NCBI GenBank assembly: GCA_963674735.2
Contig: CAXXQS010000001.1
Span: 864,001 to 928,000 of the forward strand
DNA: 64,000 bases
Direction of reading: 5' to 3'
Origin: Myxococcota bacterium
Lineage (GTDB): Bacteria > Myxococcota_A > SURF-8
The notes under the pieces are model-generated. The model saw nothing but the letters and a program-made list of their open reading frames with translations, had not been told where the DNA came from and did not search any database. How positions within the stretch are numbered: the stretch's first letter is position 1; each line of letters opens with the position of its first letter. This document shows, piece after piece, positions 31,203-40,844 of this stretch. The position numbers and the translations under genes were made by a program.

Positions 31203-32846
31203 GTCCTTACAGTCCGACGCACCATCGTTAACCAGTGCGTCGGGCTTTTTCGTTTTATGCTCTGATTCCACTGGGTTGGCGTGTTCGTACAAATGGACCC
31301 GCATCGTGCCCTTGTTCTTGTCCTTTTCGTCCCAATGCCACTCGATGAGCTCAATGTACTGCTGGAGGATGGCTCGGAGACGCTTCCACTTACCCTGCTT
31401 GACCAGGCCATCAACGATGTCCGGAACGTTCTTGTAAGACTCCGTGATGACCTCCGCCGAGAGAAGTTTCTCCTCGGTGGCCACCTTCTTCTCCTGCAAT
31501 CTCTCCAACTCGGCCTTCTGCTGTTTCTCGTCCTCGGATAAGTCGCGCAGTCGATCCCTGAGCGGCCCCACATCGGCGCCATTCTCTATGGCCTGGACAA
31601 TGGGAGTAATCTTGGCTTTGATGTCCTGGAGAGCCTTTCTCGTGCGGCTGATGTCCCTGTCCAGGGTCTTCAGGGTCTTGCTGCGAAGCTTGTTGGCCTT
31701 CTTGACCACACGCTGCATCTCTTCTTCGTCCAGCACCGCTTGCTTCAGGAGATCGATGACGAACTCTTCGGCGGCAATGGCGGGAACATACCGGGCATCG
31801 CAGTCGTACCCGGCGGAGACGTTCTGCTTGGTGCAGTTGTAGTAGTGGTGCAGGCCGTTACGACCGGTGCTGGACCGCGGGGTCATCATCGAGCCACATT
31901 GGCCGCAGCGTATCAACCCCTGGAGAAGATACTCGTGCTTTCGCTCTTCCGGTGCGATGGGCGGTCGGAGACGATTCTTGCCGAGGATGTCCTGAACCTG
32001 GTCGAAAAGTTCCTGGGGGATGATCGGGGAGTGGACACCGTTGTACGTCTTGCCATGGTGCGAAACTCTACCGACATAGACCGGATTGGTAAGCATGTTG
32101 ATAACCGCCGGCTTGCAGTATGGTGTGCCACCGTGGGCTTTTCCCCGCCTACTGACAGTCTTGGGTGAGACGATCCCTTTCTCCCGTAAATGCTTGTGTA
32201 CCTTCCCCGCACTTCCCAGCTCCACGCACTTCTCGTAAACATCATGAAGCAGGAGGTCGGCTTCGTCCTCATTGATGACGAGATGGCCCTTGTGGTTGGG
32301 GTCCACTTTGTAGCCGAACGGTACATGCCCACCATTGAAGAGGCCTTCACGGGCACGGTGGGCCATGGTGTCGGCGGTGCGCTCCGCCGTCAGTTCCCTT
32401 TCGTACTGGGCGAAAATCATATGCACACCCATAAAGGCCCGGCCCGAGGCACTGCTTGTGTCGAATTGTTCTTTTATCGAAATGCAGTCTGTCCCCAGTT
32501 CGTTGAGGCGTTCCAGCAGTCGGTAGAAGTCAAGGATGCCCGCACGGCTGAGACGATCGAACTTGGCTGCGACCACAGTATTGATCCGCCCAGCCTCTAC
32601 ATCCCGCATCATTCGTTGGAACTCCGGTCGATTAAAGTCTTTTCCGGACTTGCCTTCATCTCTATAGCGGTCCACGATGACCCATTCAATATCGGGATTG
32701 AGATCCTGGTTGAGCTTAATCTGCCGCTCCATCTGATCGAACTGGGTATCGAGGCCACCGTGGTCCACACGAGCCTGCCTATCCGTACTCACACGTCCGT
32801 AAAGCGCGCAGAGCTTTCGTTTCTTGATCTTTTTCTTCTTGGCCAT
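31161..32846 (-). CDS. Large serine recombinase (integrase)
   Basis: YGRVSTDRQ catalytic Ser, DEGKSGK..RPEFQRM, DRLSR, recombinase domain, Zn ribbon CGQCG..YYNC; C-terminus overlaps the tRNA 3' half. Confidence 0.93.
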   Translation of the reverse strand: MAKKKKIKKRKLCALYGRVSTDRQARVDHGGLDTQFDQMERQIKLNQDLNPDIEWVIVDRYRDEGKSGKDFNRPEFQRMMRDVEAGRINTVVAAKFDRLSRAGILDFYRLLERLNELGTDCISIKEQFDTSSASGRAFMGVHMIFAQYERELTAERTADTMAHRAREGLFNGGHVPFGYKVDPNHKGHLVINEDEADLLLHDVYEKCVELGSAGKVHKHLREKGIVSPKTVSRRGKAHGGTPYCKPAVINMLTNPVYVGRVSHHGKTYNGVHSPIIPQELFDQVQDILGKNRLRPPIAPEERKHEYLLQGLIRCGQCGSMMTPRSSTGRNGLHHYYNCTKQNVSAGYDCDARYVPAIAAEEFVIDLLKQAVLDEEEMQRVVKKANKLRSKTLKTLDRDISRTRKALQDIKAKITPIVQAIENGADVGPLRDRLRDLSEDEKQQKAELERLQEKKVATEEKLLSAEVITESYKNVPDIVDGLVKQGKWKRLRAILQQYIELIEWHWDEKDKNKGTMRVHLYEHANPVESEHKTKKPDALVNDGASDCKDWLPRTDSNRRPSG

Positions 32847-32903
32847 CTTACATCCTCCTTCGATGCGTATAGATAGTATTGGTATGCCATCACATTATCA
32901 ATG

Positions 32904-33092
32904 TCAATCCCTTTCCTCTTCTTTCGCCTCCTCGTCTTCATCAGGGTCGATCCCGACCAGTTCCGCCAGCCCACCAGCCAGCATGTCGAGAAAGCTCCGG
33001 CGTGTATTGTTAAAGCTTTGCTTTTTCTCTTTGACGCAGGAACTTTCTGATTCTACTATCTCACCTTGAATCTTGATCTTCGACTTGGGCAT
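32904..33092 (-). CDS. Small hypothetical protein upstream of the integrase
   Basis: GGAGG RBS; 62 aa; acidic tail. Confidence 0.5.
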   Translation of the reverse strand: MPKSKIKIQGEIVESESSCVKEKKQSFNNTRRSFLDMLAGGLAELVGIDPDEDEEAKEEERD

Positions 33093-33197
33093 GACTGCCT
33101 CCTAACCTGTTGAACACAGGCAGGATTTCAGCAAGGCAGATCGGAAGTGGCTGGTAATGTTACAGGAAGAAACTGGGAAGGAAAGAATGCTGTATTT

Positions 33198-34703
33198 TCA
33201 TACTGTTAGGTAGTACTTTGCTTCGATAATGAAGCAATAAGAAACAGAATTCTCAGGTGAGAACCAATACTCATAATCCTGGTGTTCTTCAAGAATTGCC
33301 CTTCGAAATTCGAACAATCGATATTCTTCCTCTTTGTTTCGTTTTGCAATACCATCTATCTTTGCTCGCATATTCGTGAATTGCTTACGTTTGGCATCTC
33401 CCGTACTTCCTACAAGACAACGAGTTCGAGCCGGTTTTATCGGGCCAGCATTCTCCTCATAGAGCTTCAGATACTCGAAGAAGATTTCTGCCTCCGATGG
33501 AGTAAACTCTACTTGGGGCTGTTGATTCCGACCCTTCTTTTTACTGACCCAGCTCTTTTCTTTGTACCGAACCATGAAATGCTCAAACTCTTTCTCCCGA
33601 GCGACAATCTCATCGACTTCGTCCTCAGTCATCAGAATCCAAGGCTTTCGTCTGGTTTTATGAGTGAAGCAGACAGCTAAGGGCTCACCCAAAACAAAAG
33701 ATCTGGAGTCATCCACGTCAGGGTCTCTTTCCCTGATTTTTTCAGAAACTGCTTTGTAGAAGGCTTCTGGAGTTTCAAAGTTTGTTGGTACAGGTTGGAG
33801 AGTTACTTTATCGATATCCGGGTTATTGTCTAGTATGGCGCTTGTCAATGTAGGCCGGATGATTAGCAATTCCTCTGGTCTCCAATCATAAACCCAAATA
33901 CCATCCAATTTACATTCGATCATTTTGCTCTTTCGGATCGTAAAACGCCGGAAATCTGCTTCTTTGAAAGAGCAGTTATTAAATCGACTTTCATAGGCAT
34001 TCGCATCGTTCCAGATCGATCTGATAAATGAGCAGCTTGTGGACGTCGCCTGATTCCACTGACTGGCAGTCAAGTTGGCTTCGTCGAAAATTACATCTTC
34101 CAGTGTAGCATTGGCAAATTCTGCTGAAGGTAAATCAGCACCCAAAAAACGACTCTTATTGACTTGGCCTCCTATCCATTTACTATGGCCAGCCTGGATA
34201 CTCTCAAAAACGCATTCACCAATATCGCAACCTGAGAAGTTTGTCTCATAGAGGTCAGCAAACGCGAAATTGGAGCGATGCATTTCCGCTCCATTAAAAG
34301 AAACCTCACTCATGGAAGCATGTTTGAAATGACACGCATTTTTGAATAGCACGTTTTCAAATGAAGCTTGCCCCTGAGATGCAGCCACATGATCGAACGC
34401 AACGCAGTTCAATTCTGAACGTTCGAATCTGACATTTCTGAACCATGCACCTACAAATGAGACATTCTTTAGCTTGGCGCCAGTGAAATTCACTCGACGT
34501 AACCAAACACCAGAACGATTAGCGCGAGAGGTGCTTGCGTCAGCTTTGGCCGGCACAGTGAAGTTTGCTCCCTCAATAGTTTTTTCAGACAGGTCCAGAT
34601 CTTCTATTACAACCCGGCTTTGTTTTGCTATCCAAGTGTTCCATTCTTCGATTCGACCATTTTGTAACAGGTCAGTCGGTGGTTGTTTTAATTTCTTTTC
34701 CAT
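33198..34703 (-). CDS. Pentapeptide-repeat protein with an unknown C-terminal (possibly winged-helix) domain
   Basis: About 250 aa of A(D/N)F/L-type pentapeptides (VNFTGAKLKNVSFVGA, ANLTASQW). Confidence 0.8.
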   Translation of the reverse strand: MEKKLKQPPTDLLQNGRIEEWNTWIAKQSRVVIEDLDLSEKTIEGANFTVPAKADASTSRANRSGVWLRRVNFTGAKLKNVSFVGAWFRNVRFERSELNCVAFDHVAASQGQASFENVLFKNACHFKHASMSEVSFNGAEMHRSNFAFADLYETNFSGCDIGECVFESIQAGHSKWIGGQVNKSRFLGADLPSAEFANATLEDVIFDEANLTASQWNQATSTSCSFIRSIWNDANAYESRFNNCSFKEADFRRFTIRKSKMIECKLDGIWVYDWRPEELLIIRPTLTSAILDNNPDIDKVTLQPVPTNFETPEAFYKAVSEKIRERDPDVDDSRSFVLGEPLAVCFTHKTRRKPWILMTEDEVDEIVAREKEFEHFMVRYKEKSWVSKKKGRNQQPQVEFTPSEAEIFFEYLKLYEENAGPIKPARTRCLVGSTGDAKRKQFTNMRAKIDGIAKRNKEEEYRLFEFRRAILEEHQDYEYWFSPENSVSYCFIIEAKYYLTV

Positions 34704-35154
34704 CGCAATTGCTCAAATCCTATGAGATGGGAACATGGAGGGAGTCTCCCTGAAGCCATGATATAAGTCTGCAAGTATGGTTCATCGCTCTCTGTATCGC
34801 TTTCTAAGCGATTGCGCAAAGTTCGTCAAAGTTTCGGATATTTATAGCATTTATGCACAGGTGTGAAAAAGAAAACTGAACACGAGTGTTTGATTTCTCA
34901 TTGTCACGCATTTTCAATGGCTTGCTACCAATGCAATATTATCGGAAAACGTTTTCCAAAACCTGGCTTCCCCGGTGTCCATCCCATCGCTCCCAGCGCG
35001 AACTCTCCACATCGCCGGCCATGGTAATTGGCCCCAACTGGCATCGGACACGGTCTGTCAGTTTCGGGTCCTCTTTGAAATCTCGATAGGCCTTCAAGCA
35101 TACGAAGACCCCGAAATAGCATTTCCACACCTGGATCCGCCAAGATCCATCCCT

Positions 35155-36030
35155 TCACGTCGCCTTCCAGGTCGCGATGTACGCCGCTTCACCTGAATGG
35201 ATGTCCGCAGGGCTGTCCATCGTCCAGTCTCCCGACAAGCCCACTATCTTCGCCGCAGCTTCCAAATGCTGCATGGCGATGCCCATGTCGATCAGCTGCA
35301 GGTCCGTGGAGGGTACCAGTCGCCGGTAACGCGGTGTGCGGGCCAGGTAGAGGTGCAGATGCTCGCCATCCACGACGATCCGCCATGGCTGCTTGTTCGA
35401 GGCGGACGGGCCGATTCGCACCATATCAAGCACCTCGACGTACTCTCCGGCTCTTTCACGGCTCAGCGGGTGCGTGAAGTCGCGGTTGAAGAAGAGCTCG
35501 GCAAAGGTCTTGCGGTTATTCGCCTTGGCGCCCCATCGGATGAGCCGCTCCACGGTCCCTTTCCGCTTGGCGGGGACCCCGAGCGCCAAGATGGCAGGCA
35601 CCCAGCTCCGATCATCCAGCCGCAATACCTGCGCGTATTCCTTGCGGCTGAAGGTGCCACCCAGCCAACAGGTGCCCAGACCCAGCCGGGTCATCTCCAG
35701 GACGATCCGTTCCATGAGATAGCCGAAGTCCACCTCGGCCATTTTGCCACGGGTCAGCGCACCGGCGATGAAATACGGCGCGCCCTTGATGAATCCGTAG
35801 GTGCCCAGCTTGACCTTTTCCTCCTTGTGCGCCTTTGTACGCTCGATCAGGGCGAAGCGGGGCGTATGGTCGAACGGGCACGCTCCCGGATCGACGAGGA
35901 TTGCCTCGACCTTCTGGCGGACCTCCGGATTCAAGGGCTGGTCGGCGTAGGTGCGGACGGACCGGCGGTGGCGGATAGCGTCGAGCATGGAGAGGTTCTC
36001 GGTTCCGTTTTGCATGAATCTGCCTTTCAC
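35155..36030 (-). CDS. Nitroreductase family protein (tandem TM1586-like)
   Basis: RRSVRTY, GLGTCWLGGTF, GPSASNKQPWR, IDMGIAMQH. Confidence 0.88.
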   Translation of the reverse strand: MKGRFMQNGTENLSMLDAIRHRRSVRTYADQPLNPEVRQKVEAILVDPGACPFDHTPRFALIERTKAHKEEKVKLGTYGFIKGAPYFIAGALTRGKMAEVDFGYLMERIVLEMTRLGLGTCWLGGTFSRKEYAQVLRLDDRSWVPAILALGVPAKRKGTVERLIRWGAKANNRKTFAELFFNRDFTHPLSRERAGEYVEVLDMVRIGPSASNKQPWRIVVDGEHLHLYLARTPRYRRLVPSTDLQLIDMGIAMQHLEAAAKIVGLSGDWTMDSPADIHSGEAAYIATWKAT

Positions 36031-36800
36031 ATCACGCCCAGCGCCCAGCCTTCCATCGTTTCCGCGATATGGCGTTCATTCTCGGTCAACAGCGGGTGGA
36101 AATATGTCTCCAGGCGGTCCGAGCGGTCCATCTCGGAGAGCCGGCGAGCCACAGCGTAGGCGTCGTGTTCCTGCGGGGTGCGGTTTTCTTTGGGGTACTG
36201 ACGGCTGAACATGAACGGGGACACTTCGGCGATGACCGACTTGCCGTCCGGCGGCGTCCACCCGTCAAAGGGCCAGAAATGAACCCGGTCACCTACCTTT
36301 TTGCGAATATGCGCCAGCCACGGTATGCCCGCCCATCTGATCTGGCCCATCGCCCCATAACCCACAAAGCGGAAGATGCCCTTCGCGCCCGGAGACCGGG
36401 TCTCCGTGATGCGCAACTGATCCGGCGTACCTCCCGGTGGGGGCGCGATACCTTTCTCCCACAGGCTGTCGATATAAATATCCTTGTGCGTCGGCCACCA
36501 GAGCGGGAAGTGACGCAGCATCTCACTCCAGTCCGGTAGGGTTTGCAGGTCGAACCAAGCTTGGGGGAGCGAAAAACAATGGCCGATACCGACGATGATC
36601 GGCGCGGCAGTCGTTTGTTCGATCACCCACTCGGCGATTCCCTTGCGCGACCAGTTTTGCGGACCAAAGCGATAGGCGTCCGGGGTGATGACTTTTTCCG
36701 GTTTACCGGAGTTGTCGGCGCGATAGACGGAAAGCGCTTTCAGTCGGCTTGTCGCCGTTTCCGCTCCGGCGTAGTGGATGCCGATGTAGGAGTCGAACAT
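36027..36800 (-). CDS. Hypothetical protein, possible RNase H-fold/DUF429-like nuclease
   Basis: YIGIHYAG (compare IGIDxSG), HFWPFDGW, VIAEVSP, HDAYAVA. Confidence 0.55.
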   Translation of the reverse strand: MFDSYIGIHYAGAETATSRLKALSVYRADNSGKPEKVITPDAYRFGPQNWSRKGIAEWVIEQTTAAPIIVGIGHCFSLPQAWFDLQTLPDWSEMLRHFPLWWPTHKDIYIDSLWEKGIAPPPGGTPDQLRITETRSPGAKGIFRFVGYGAMGQIRWAGIPWLAHIRKKVGDRVHFWPFDGWTPPDGKSVIAEVSPFMFSRQYPKENRTPQEHDAYAVARRLSEMDRSDRLETYFHPLLTENERHIAETMEGWALGVM

Positions 36801-36864
36801 GGTGTCACCCGGATTTCTTGTGCTTCGGTTGTTGGACGTAAACGAAAATCATGGAAAGTATGCT

Positions 36865-38220
36865 CTACCCAAAACCCGAAAATGCTTCTCGAAGCGACTG
36901 ACATAGGTCACTTTTTCCTTTTCGAGTTCGGAGATTCAGATCCAACGCCACCGTTCGAAGGTGGATACGCTGCGGGGTGCTCTTTCCATCATTGCCCTCA
37001 AGCCAGTAGGTTTTATCCCGAACGCCATCGATTCTTGGGTACAGGAGCACCACATCGGGACATTCAAAACGCTTGGCATAGGCGTACATCTGGTACAGGT
37101 CGGATTGCTGGATGCCGTTCTTCCTGTCTTCCTCGTCGGTTTTCAGGTGTTTCCATTTGGTATCGACGATCAGGCGGACCGCTTTCTCAAACCTGATCAG
37201 CAAGTCTGGTTTCAGGCGAAACACGCGAACGTTGCCAGAGCCTTGACTATGTGTTCGCCGTAGCAGGTATTTCGTATTACCCTTTGATTGGACATGGATG
37301 TGCCTGCGCTCCAGGTTTCTCCCACCGCCCATATCGAGATTTATTTCCCGGCAATGCCGACAGAGAAATTCAGCTATGAACTCTTCGAACAGCTTCTCCA
37401 TGGGAAACAGCAGGCTGAACGTCTCCTGATTGCCTTCACGTGGAGCTGGAGATTGCCCAAGCAACACGATTCGGCAGAAGTTGACCAAGACTCCGAAACG
37501 CTCGTTGTTGCGATTCAGCCTTAAGCGCTCGAATTGATCGATGCTGATCTCAACATCCGAGATCTCGTCGAAAAGCAACAGCGCCTGGCGAAGTTTCTCT
37601 TGAGCGGCTACACCATGAGCCTGAAATAGCAGTTTGCGGCAGGCGGCCTTGAGAATCCGGTTGAGCGGCGTGTCGGAAATGAAATCGTCATAGCCTACGT
37701 AGAATCGCTCTTTGTGAACGAGGTTCTCTCGCAAATGCTGTCCGATCAGCAGTCGGCCTTTCACGCACCCCAGATTCTCTTCGCATTGTACGTACGCCTG
37801 ATCGACACCTTTTCGCAACTCTTCCAGCAAGCGGGTGGCAAAGGCGAGAATAAACGCTTCCAGCAACGGCATGCGCTCCAGATGAAGCGGGGCGTGGTCA
37901 CGGTGCTCGATGGGGAGCTGTCGTGTATAGCTGAGCATCGTCAGCAGGTTGGCCTGGGCCAGTTCCAATTCCTCTTGCTGGGCCTGTCTTTGCTTTCTGA
38001 TCAGCTTGTTTCTGTCAATCTTTGGAAGGATCTCTACCGTCAGACCTGGGATGTGTACGACACCAACGATATTTTGGGCCTTCACCGATCCTTCCCGCCA
38101 GTCGAAAATCCATTCACCGGTATCACGCGCATGCTGTCGGTCGAACCGAAGGAGCCGCTGTCGTAATTCAGGGCTCAATTCAGGTAGAAGCCCGTATTCG
38201 ATAACTGGAATGTTCTTCAT
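36865..38220 (-). CDS. mcrC: McrC-family restriction endonuclease subunit
   Basis: VEILPKI, DTPLNRILKAA, FPMEKLFEEF, PD..VDTKWK..DLYQMYAY; adjacent to mcrB. Confidence 0.92.
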   Translation of the reverse strand: MKNIPVIEYGLLPELSPELRQRLLRFDRQHARDTGEWIFDWREGSVKAQNIVGVVHIPGLTVEILPKIDRNKLIRKQRQAQQEELELAQANLLTMLSYTRQLPIEHRDHAPLHLERMPLLEAFILAFATRLLEELRKGVDQAYVQCEENLGCVKGRLLIGQHLRENLVHKERFYVGYDDFISDTPLNRILKAACRKLLFQAHGVAAQEKLRQALLLFDEISDVEISIDQFERLRLNRNNERFGVLVNFCRIVLLGQSPAPREGNQETFSLLFPMEKLFEEFIAEFLCRHCREINLDMGGGRNLERRHIHVQSKGNTKYLLRRTHSQGSGNVRVFRLKPDLLIRFEKAVRLIVDTKWKHLKTDEEDRKNGIQQSDLYQMYAYAKRFECPDVVLLYPRIDGVRDKTYWLEGNDGKSTPQRIHLRTVALDLNLRTRKGKSDLCQSLREAFSGFG

Positions 38221-38255
38221 GGGGGTGCCGATCCTCTCATCTCACATTCCGGTGC

Positions 38256-40820
38256 TTATTCGGTCTCGACGTTCGGTGATTTGAAGAAGTCGAAATAGGG
38301 GCGAATCTTACCCTCGGATGCGCTCTTAAAAGCTGGATTCAGCATGTACGTGTTACGCTCATCATAAGCATCCACTCCGTCCATTTCTCCGAATAGCTTA
38401 GCCGGATCCTTCTTCAATTTCTGAATGATCGACGGCTGTGTCTCGCTTGCGCCGAGAAGAAGCCCCAGTTTTTCCCCGTCACCGAAGAAATACTCGTTGA
38501 GTAATGGATAAACATCGTGGACCACCACATCGCGCAGGTTTACCCATGTGTTCACATCCATGAAATATGAATGGCCGATTCGATGATCGCGATCCGAGAA
38601 GAACTCGATCCGCTCATTCAGTTGAGTGAGGAACTCGCGAGCGTCTTCATCTGCGATCACGGTAGGATCGGGGCCGATTTCCTCGAATTTGAAGCGTCGC
38701 CGGAGTGCCGCATCCAGGAAAGCGATGGACCGGTCAGCTGTATTCATTGTTCCGATCACGTGGAGGTTCGCTGGCACGAAAAAGGATTCTTTGCTGTAGG
38801 GAAGTTGGACGGTCAGTCCGCCGATCCACTCTCCCTTCTGAGCATCCCAGTGCTTGCGTTTCGAAGCTTCCGGATTGTCATTGTACTCAAGCAACGTGAT
38901 CAGCTCACCAAGCACTTTGGAGATGTTGGCGCGGTTGATCTCGTCAATAAACAAGGCGTAATCGTTTTCCGGATCCTGAATGGCAGCTTCAACCATTTGC
39001 CTGAAAATACCGGGCACGACCTCGTAAGTTACTTCCTTGCTTCCATCGTCTTGCAGTTCCACCACGGGTTTAATACCTTCCACGAAATCTTCGTAGCTGT
39101 AGGACTGGTGGAAGGTGATCATCCGGAATCGGCGCACTTCTTCTGTAACTGGGGAGTAACTGTCCAGATCCTGTTTTACCTCAAACAATTCGGGAACATC
39201 ATTCTGAAGAAGATCCTTATCAACACTCCATAACCCCTCCTTCGATTTGCTGAAAATCTGCGGCTGCAATCGTTTTCCGTATTTGACGAACTCGCAGTCG
39301 TCCACGCAGTGGGTTTGAAGCATCGCCCAAATCATGGGGCGAGGATCCTTCTGATTCATCATCCGGTCTTTAGCCAACAGCCACTCATGTGCATGGATCT
39401 GGGCGACTTTCGCTTCCCCGATGTCGAGAAGGACCAGGGCAATGACCTGCCACCACGGAATGTCGCGCAAGACCTTCTCGTAGTATTTTTCTTTGGGAAT
39501 GCCGACTCCATGGTCCGTGAATTTCGAGAAAAATTTATCTTGGAGCCGGAATGTCTTACCCGTTCCCGGCGGGCCGTAGAGGATGAGGTTGAGAGGGAGA
39601 TCAATCAATTTATTTTTCTCTTTGGTTATTGCTTCGTCTGTTTCATTATTAGGAGATTCACTAAAGAAAGATTCTAACTGTTCCGGATTGAGTATTTTTA
39701 CAGTTCGCATCCCCCAATCAGACTGAGAAGGAATGGATCCAGCCAGACTTGTATCCCATTCTACATGGACGATATGTTGGAACTTATCCCGACTAGTGGA
39801 AAATTCGTATCCCGGCTCAATAACAGTGCCAACACCAAGTATGTGTGAAATCCCTTTATTGGCAACGACTATATCGCCTGGATTCAGTTCCATCAAGGTC
39901 CAAAGTTCGTTGCCTTTTTCTGAAGTTTTGCTCTTGTTCCCTTTATACAGACTGTCGATGTATTGTCGGCTAAACTCTTCTTTGAATGGCTTCTTTGATT
40001 TATACTTGCTCAGGTCACCAACATCATCCCATCCAACGCAAATGTAACCATTATCCAGACATTCTTGCCAATACCTCCCATCATGCCCGGGAGCGATTTT
40101 CACGATGGTCTTTAACTTAAGTGGGTGACTCCAGAAATATAGAAGACGACTCAATTCTTGAGTGGACCAGCTTGCTAATGCAGGGTGTGTTTTTAAGGCC
40201 GCAAGCAGGGTTCGGTTATATTTAATTACATCGTATGTCGAATCGTTGGCTTCAGGTCTTTTCAGGAGTTCAAGGAAATGCTGCAAATGAGCTCTTGAAA
40301 AGATTGGGAGAATTTCATCCGGGAAATAGACATGAAGTGTTTTTACCTTCAACATCGGTCCGTAAGAGATTGATTCGATCTCATCGATTTCCGACCACTT
40401 CTCATTTTTTGCAAGCGTAAAGGCTTCGATAAAACCGTCTCTGATAGACTGCCAGGCTTCCTTTTCATTCTGGTATCGATTACCCGGGACGTAACACCAT
40501 TCTCTAGTTTCACGACTTTTGTAAATAATGTGCTTTCCTGAATTTCCGCCACCAATCCCACCAAGAGTCTTGCTCTTGAATTCCATCCACAAACAAAAAT
40601 GATCATCGGAATCATCAATGCCCAAGGAGTATCGATCGAGGGTCAATTTATCCCAGTTGTTTAGTGGAAAACGCTTTAGTATCTGCTGTCGTTCTTTTTC
40701 TGCACGATCTAAATCGTTTTTAATATTATCTCTGTTGAACTCAGCTATGGCTTCGTCCAAGGTTTTCACTTTAAAATTCTTCTGTTTTGGTTGACTGTAA
40801 GAACTCAAGGGCTTTGACAT
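38256..40820 (-). CDS. mcrB: McrB-family AAA+ GTPase with long N-terminal recognition domains
   Basis: ILYGPPGTGKT, TFHQSYSYEDFVEG, FIDEINRAN, GTMNTAD, ALRRRF, IGHSYF. Confidence 0.92.
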   Translation of the reverse strand: MSKPLSSYSQPKQKNFKVKTLDEAIAEFNRDNIKNDLDRAEKERQQILKRFPLNNWDKLTLDRYSLGIDDSDDHFCLWMEFKSKTLGGIGGGNSGKHIIYKSRETREWCYVPGNRYQNEKEAWQSIRDGFIEAFTLAKNEKWSEIDEIESISYGPMLKVKTLHVYFPDEILPIFSRAHLQHFLELLKRPEANDSTYDVIKYNRTLLAALKTHPALASWSTQELSRLLYFWSHPLKLKTIVKIAPGHDGRYWQECLDNGYICVGWDDVGDLSKYKSKKPFKEEFSRQYIDSLYKGNKSKTSEKGNELWTLMELNPGDIVVANKGISHILGVGTVIEPGYEFSTSRDKFQHIVHVEWDTSLAGSIPSQSDWGMRTVKILNPEQLESFFSESPNNETDEAITKEKNKLIDLPLNLILYGPPGTGKTFRLQDKFFSKFTDHGVGIPKEKYYEKVLRDIPWWQVIALVLLDIGEAKVAQIHAHEWLLAKDRMMNQKDPRPMIWAMLQTHCVDDCEFVKYGKRLQPQIFSKSKEGLWSVDKDLLQNDVPELFEVKQDLDSYSPVTEEVRRFRMITFHQSYSYEDFVEGIKPVVELQDDGSKEVTYEVVPGIFRQMVEAAIQDPENDYALFIDEINRANISKVLGELITLLEYNDNPEASKRKHWDAQKGEWIGGLTVQLPYSKESFFVPANLHVIGTMNTADRSIAFLDAALRRRFKFEEIGPDPTVIADEDAREFLTQLNERIEFFSDRDHRIGHSYFMDVNTWVNLRDVVVHDVYPLLNEYFFGDGEKLGLLLGASETQPSIIQKLKKDPAKLFGEMDGVDAYDERNTYMLNPAFKSASEGKIRPYFDFFKSPNVETE

Positions 40821-40844
40821 GGTTTCCTCACCTTATTCTTAACA

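Noticed and set aside
34925-35158. Small ORFs downstream of the nitroreductase
   Set aside because: Two competing frames with no recognisable family; possibly a gene remnant.
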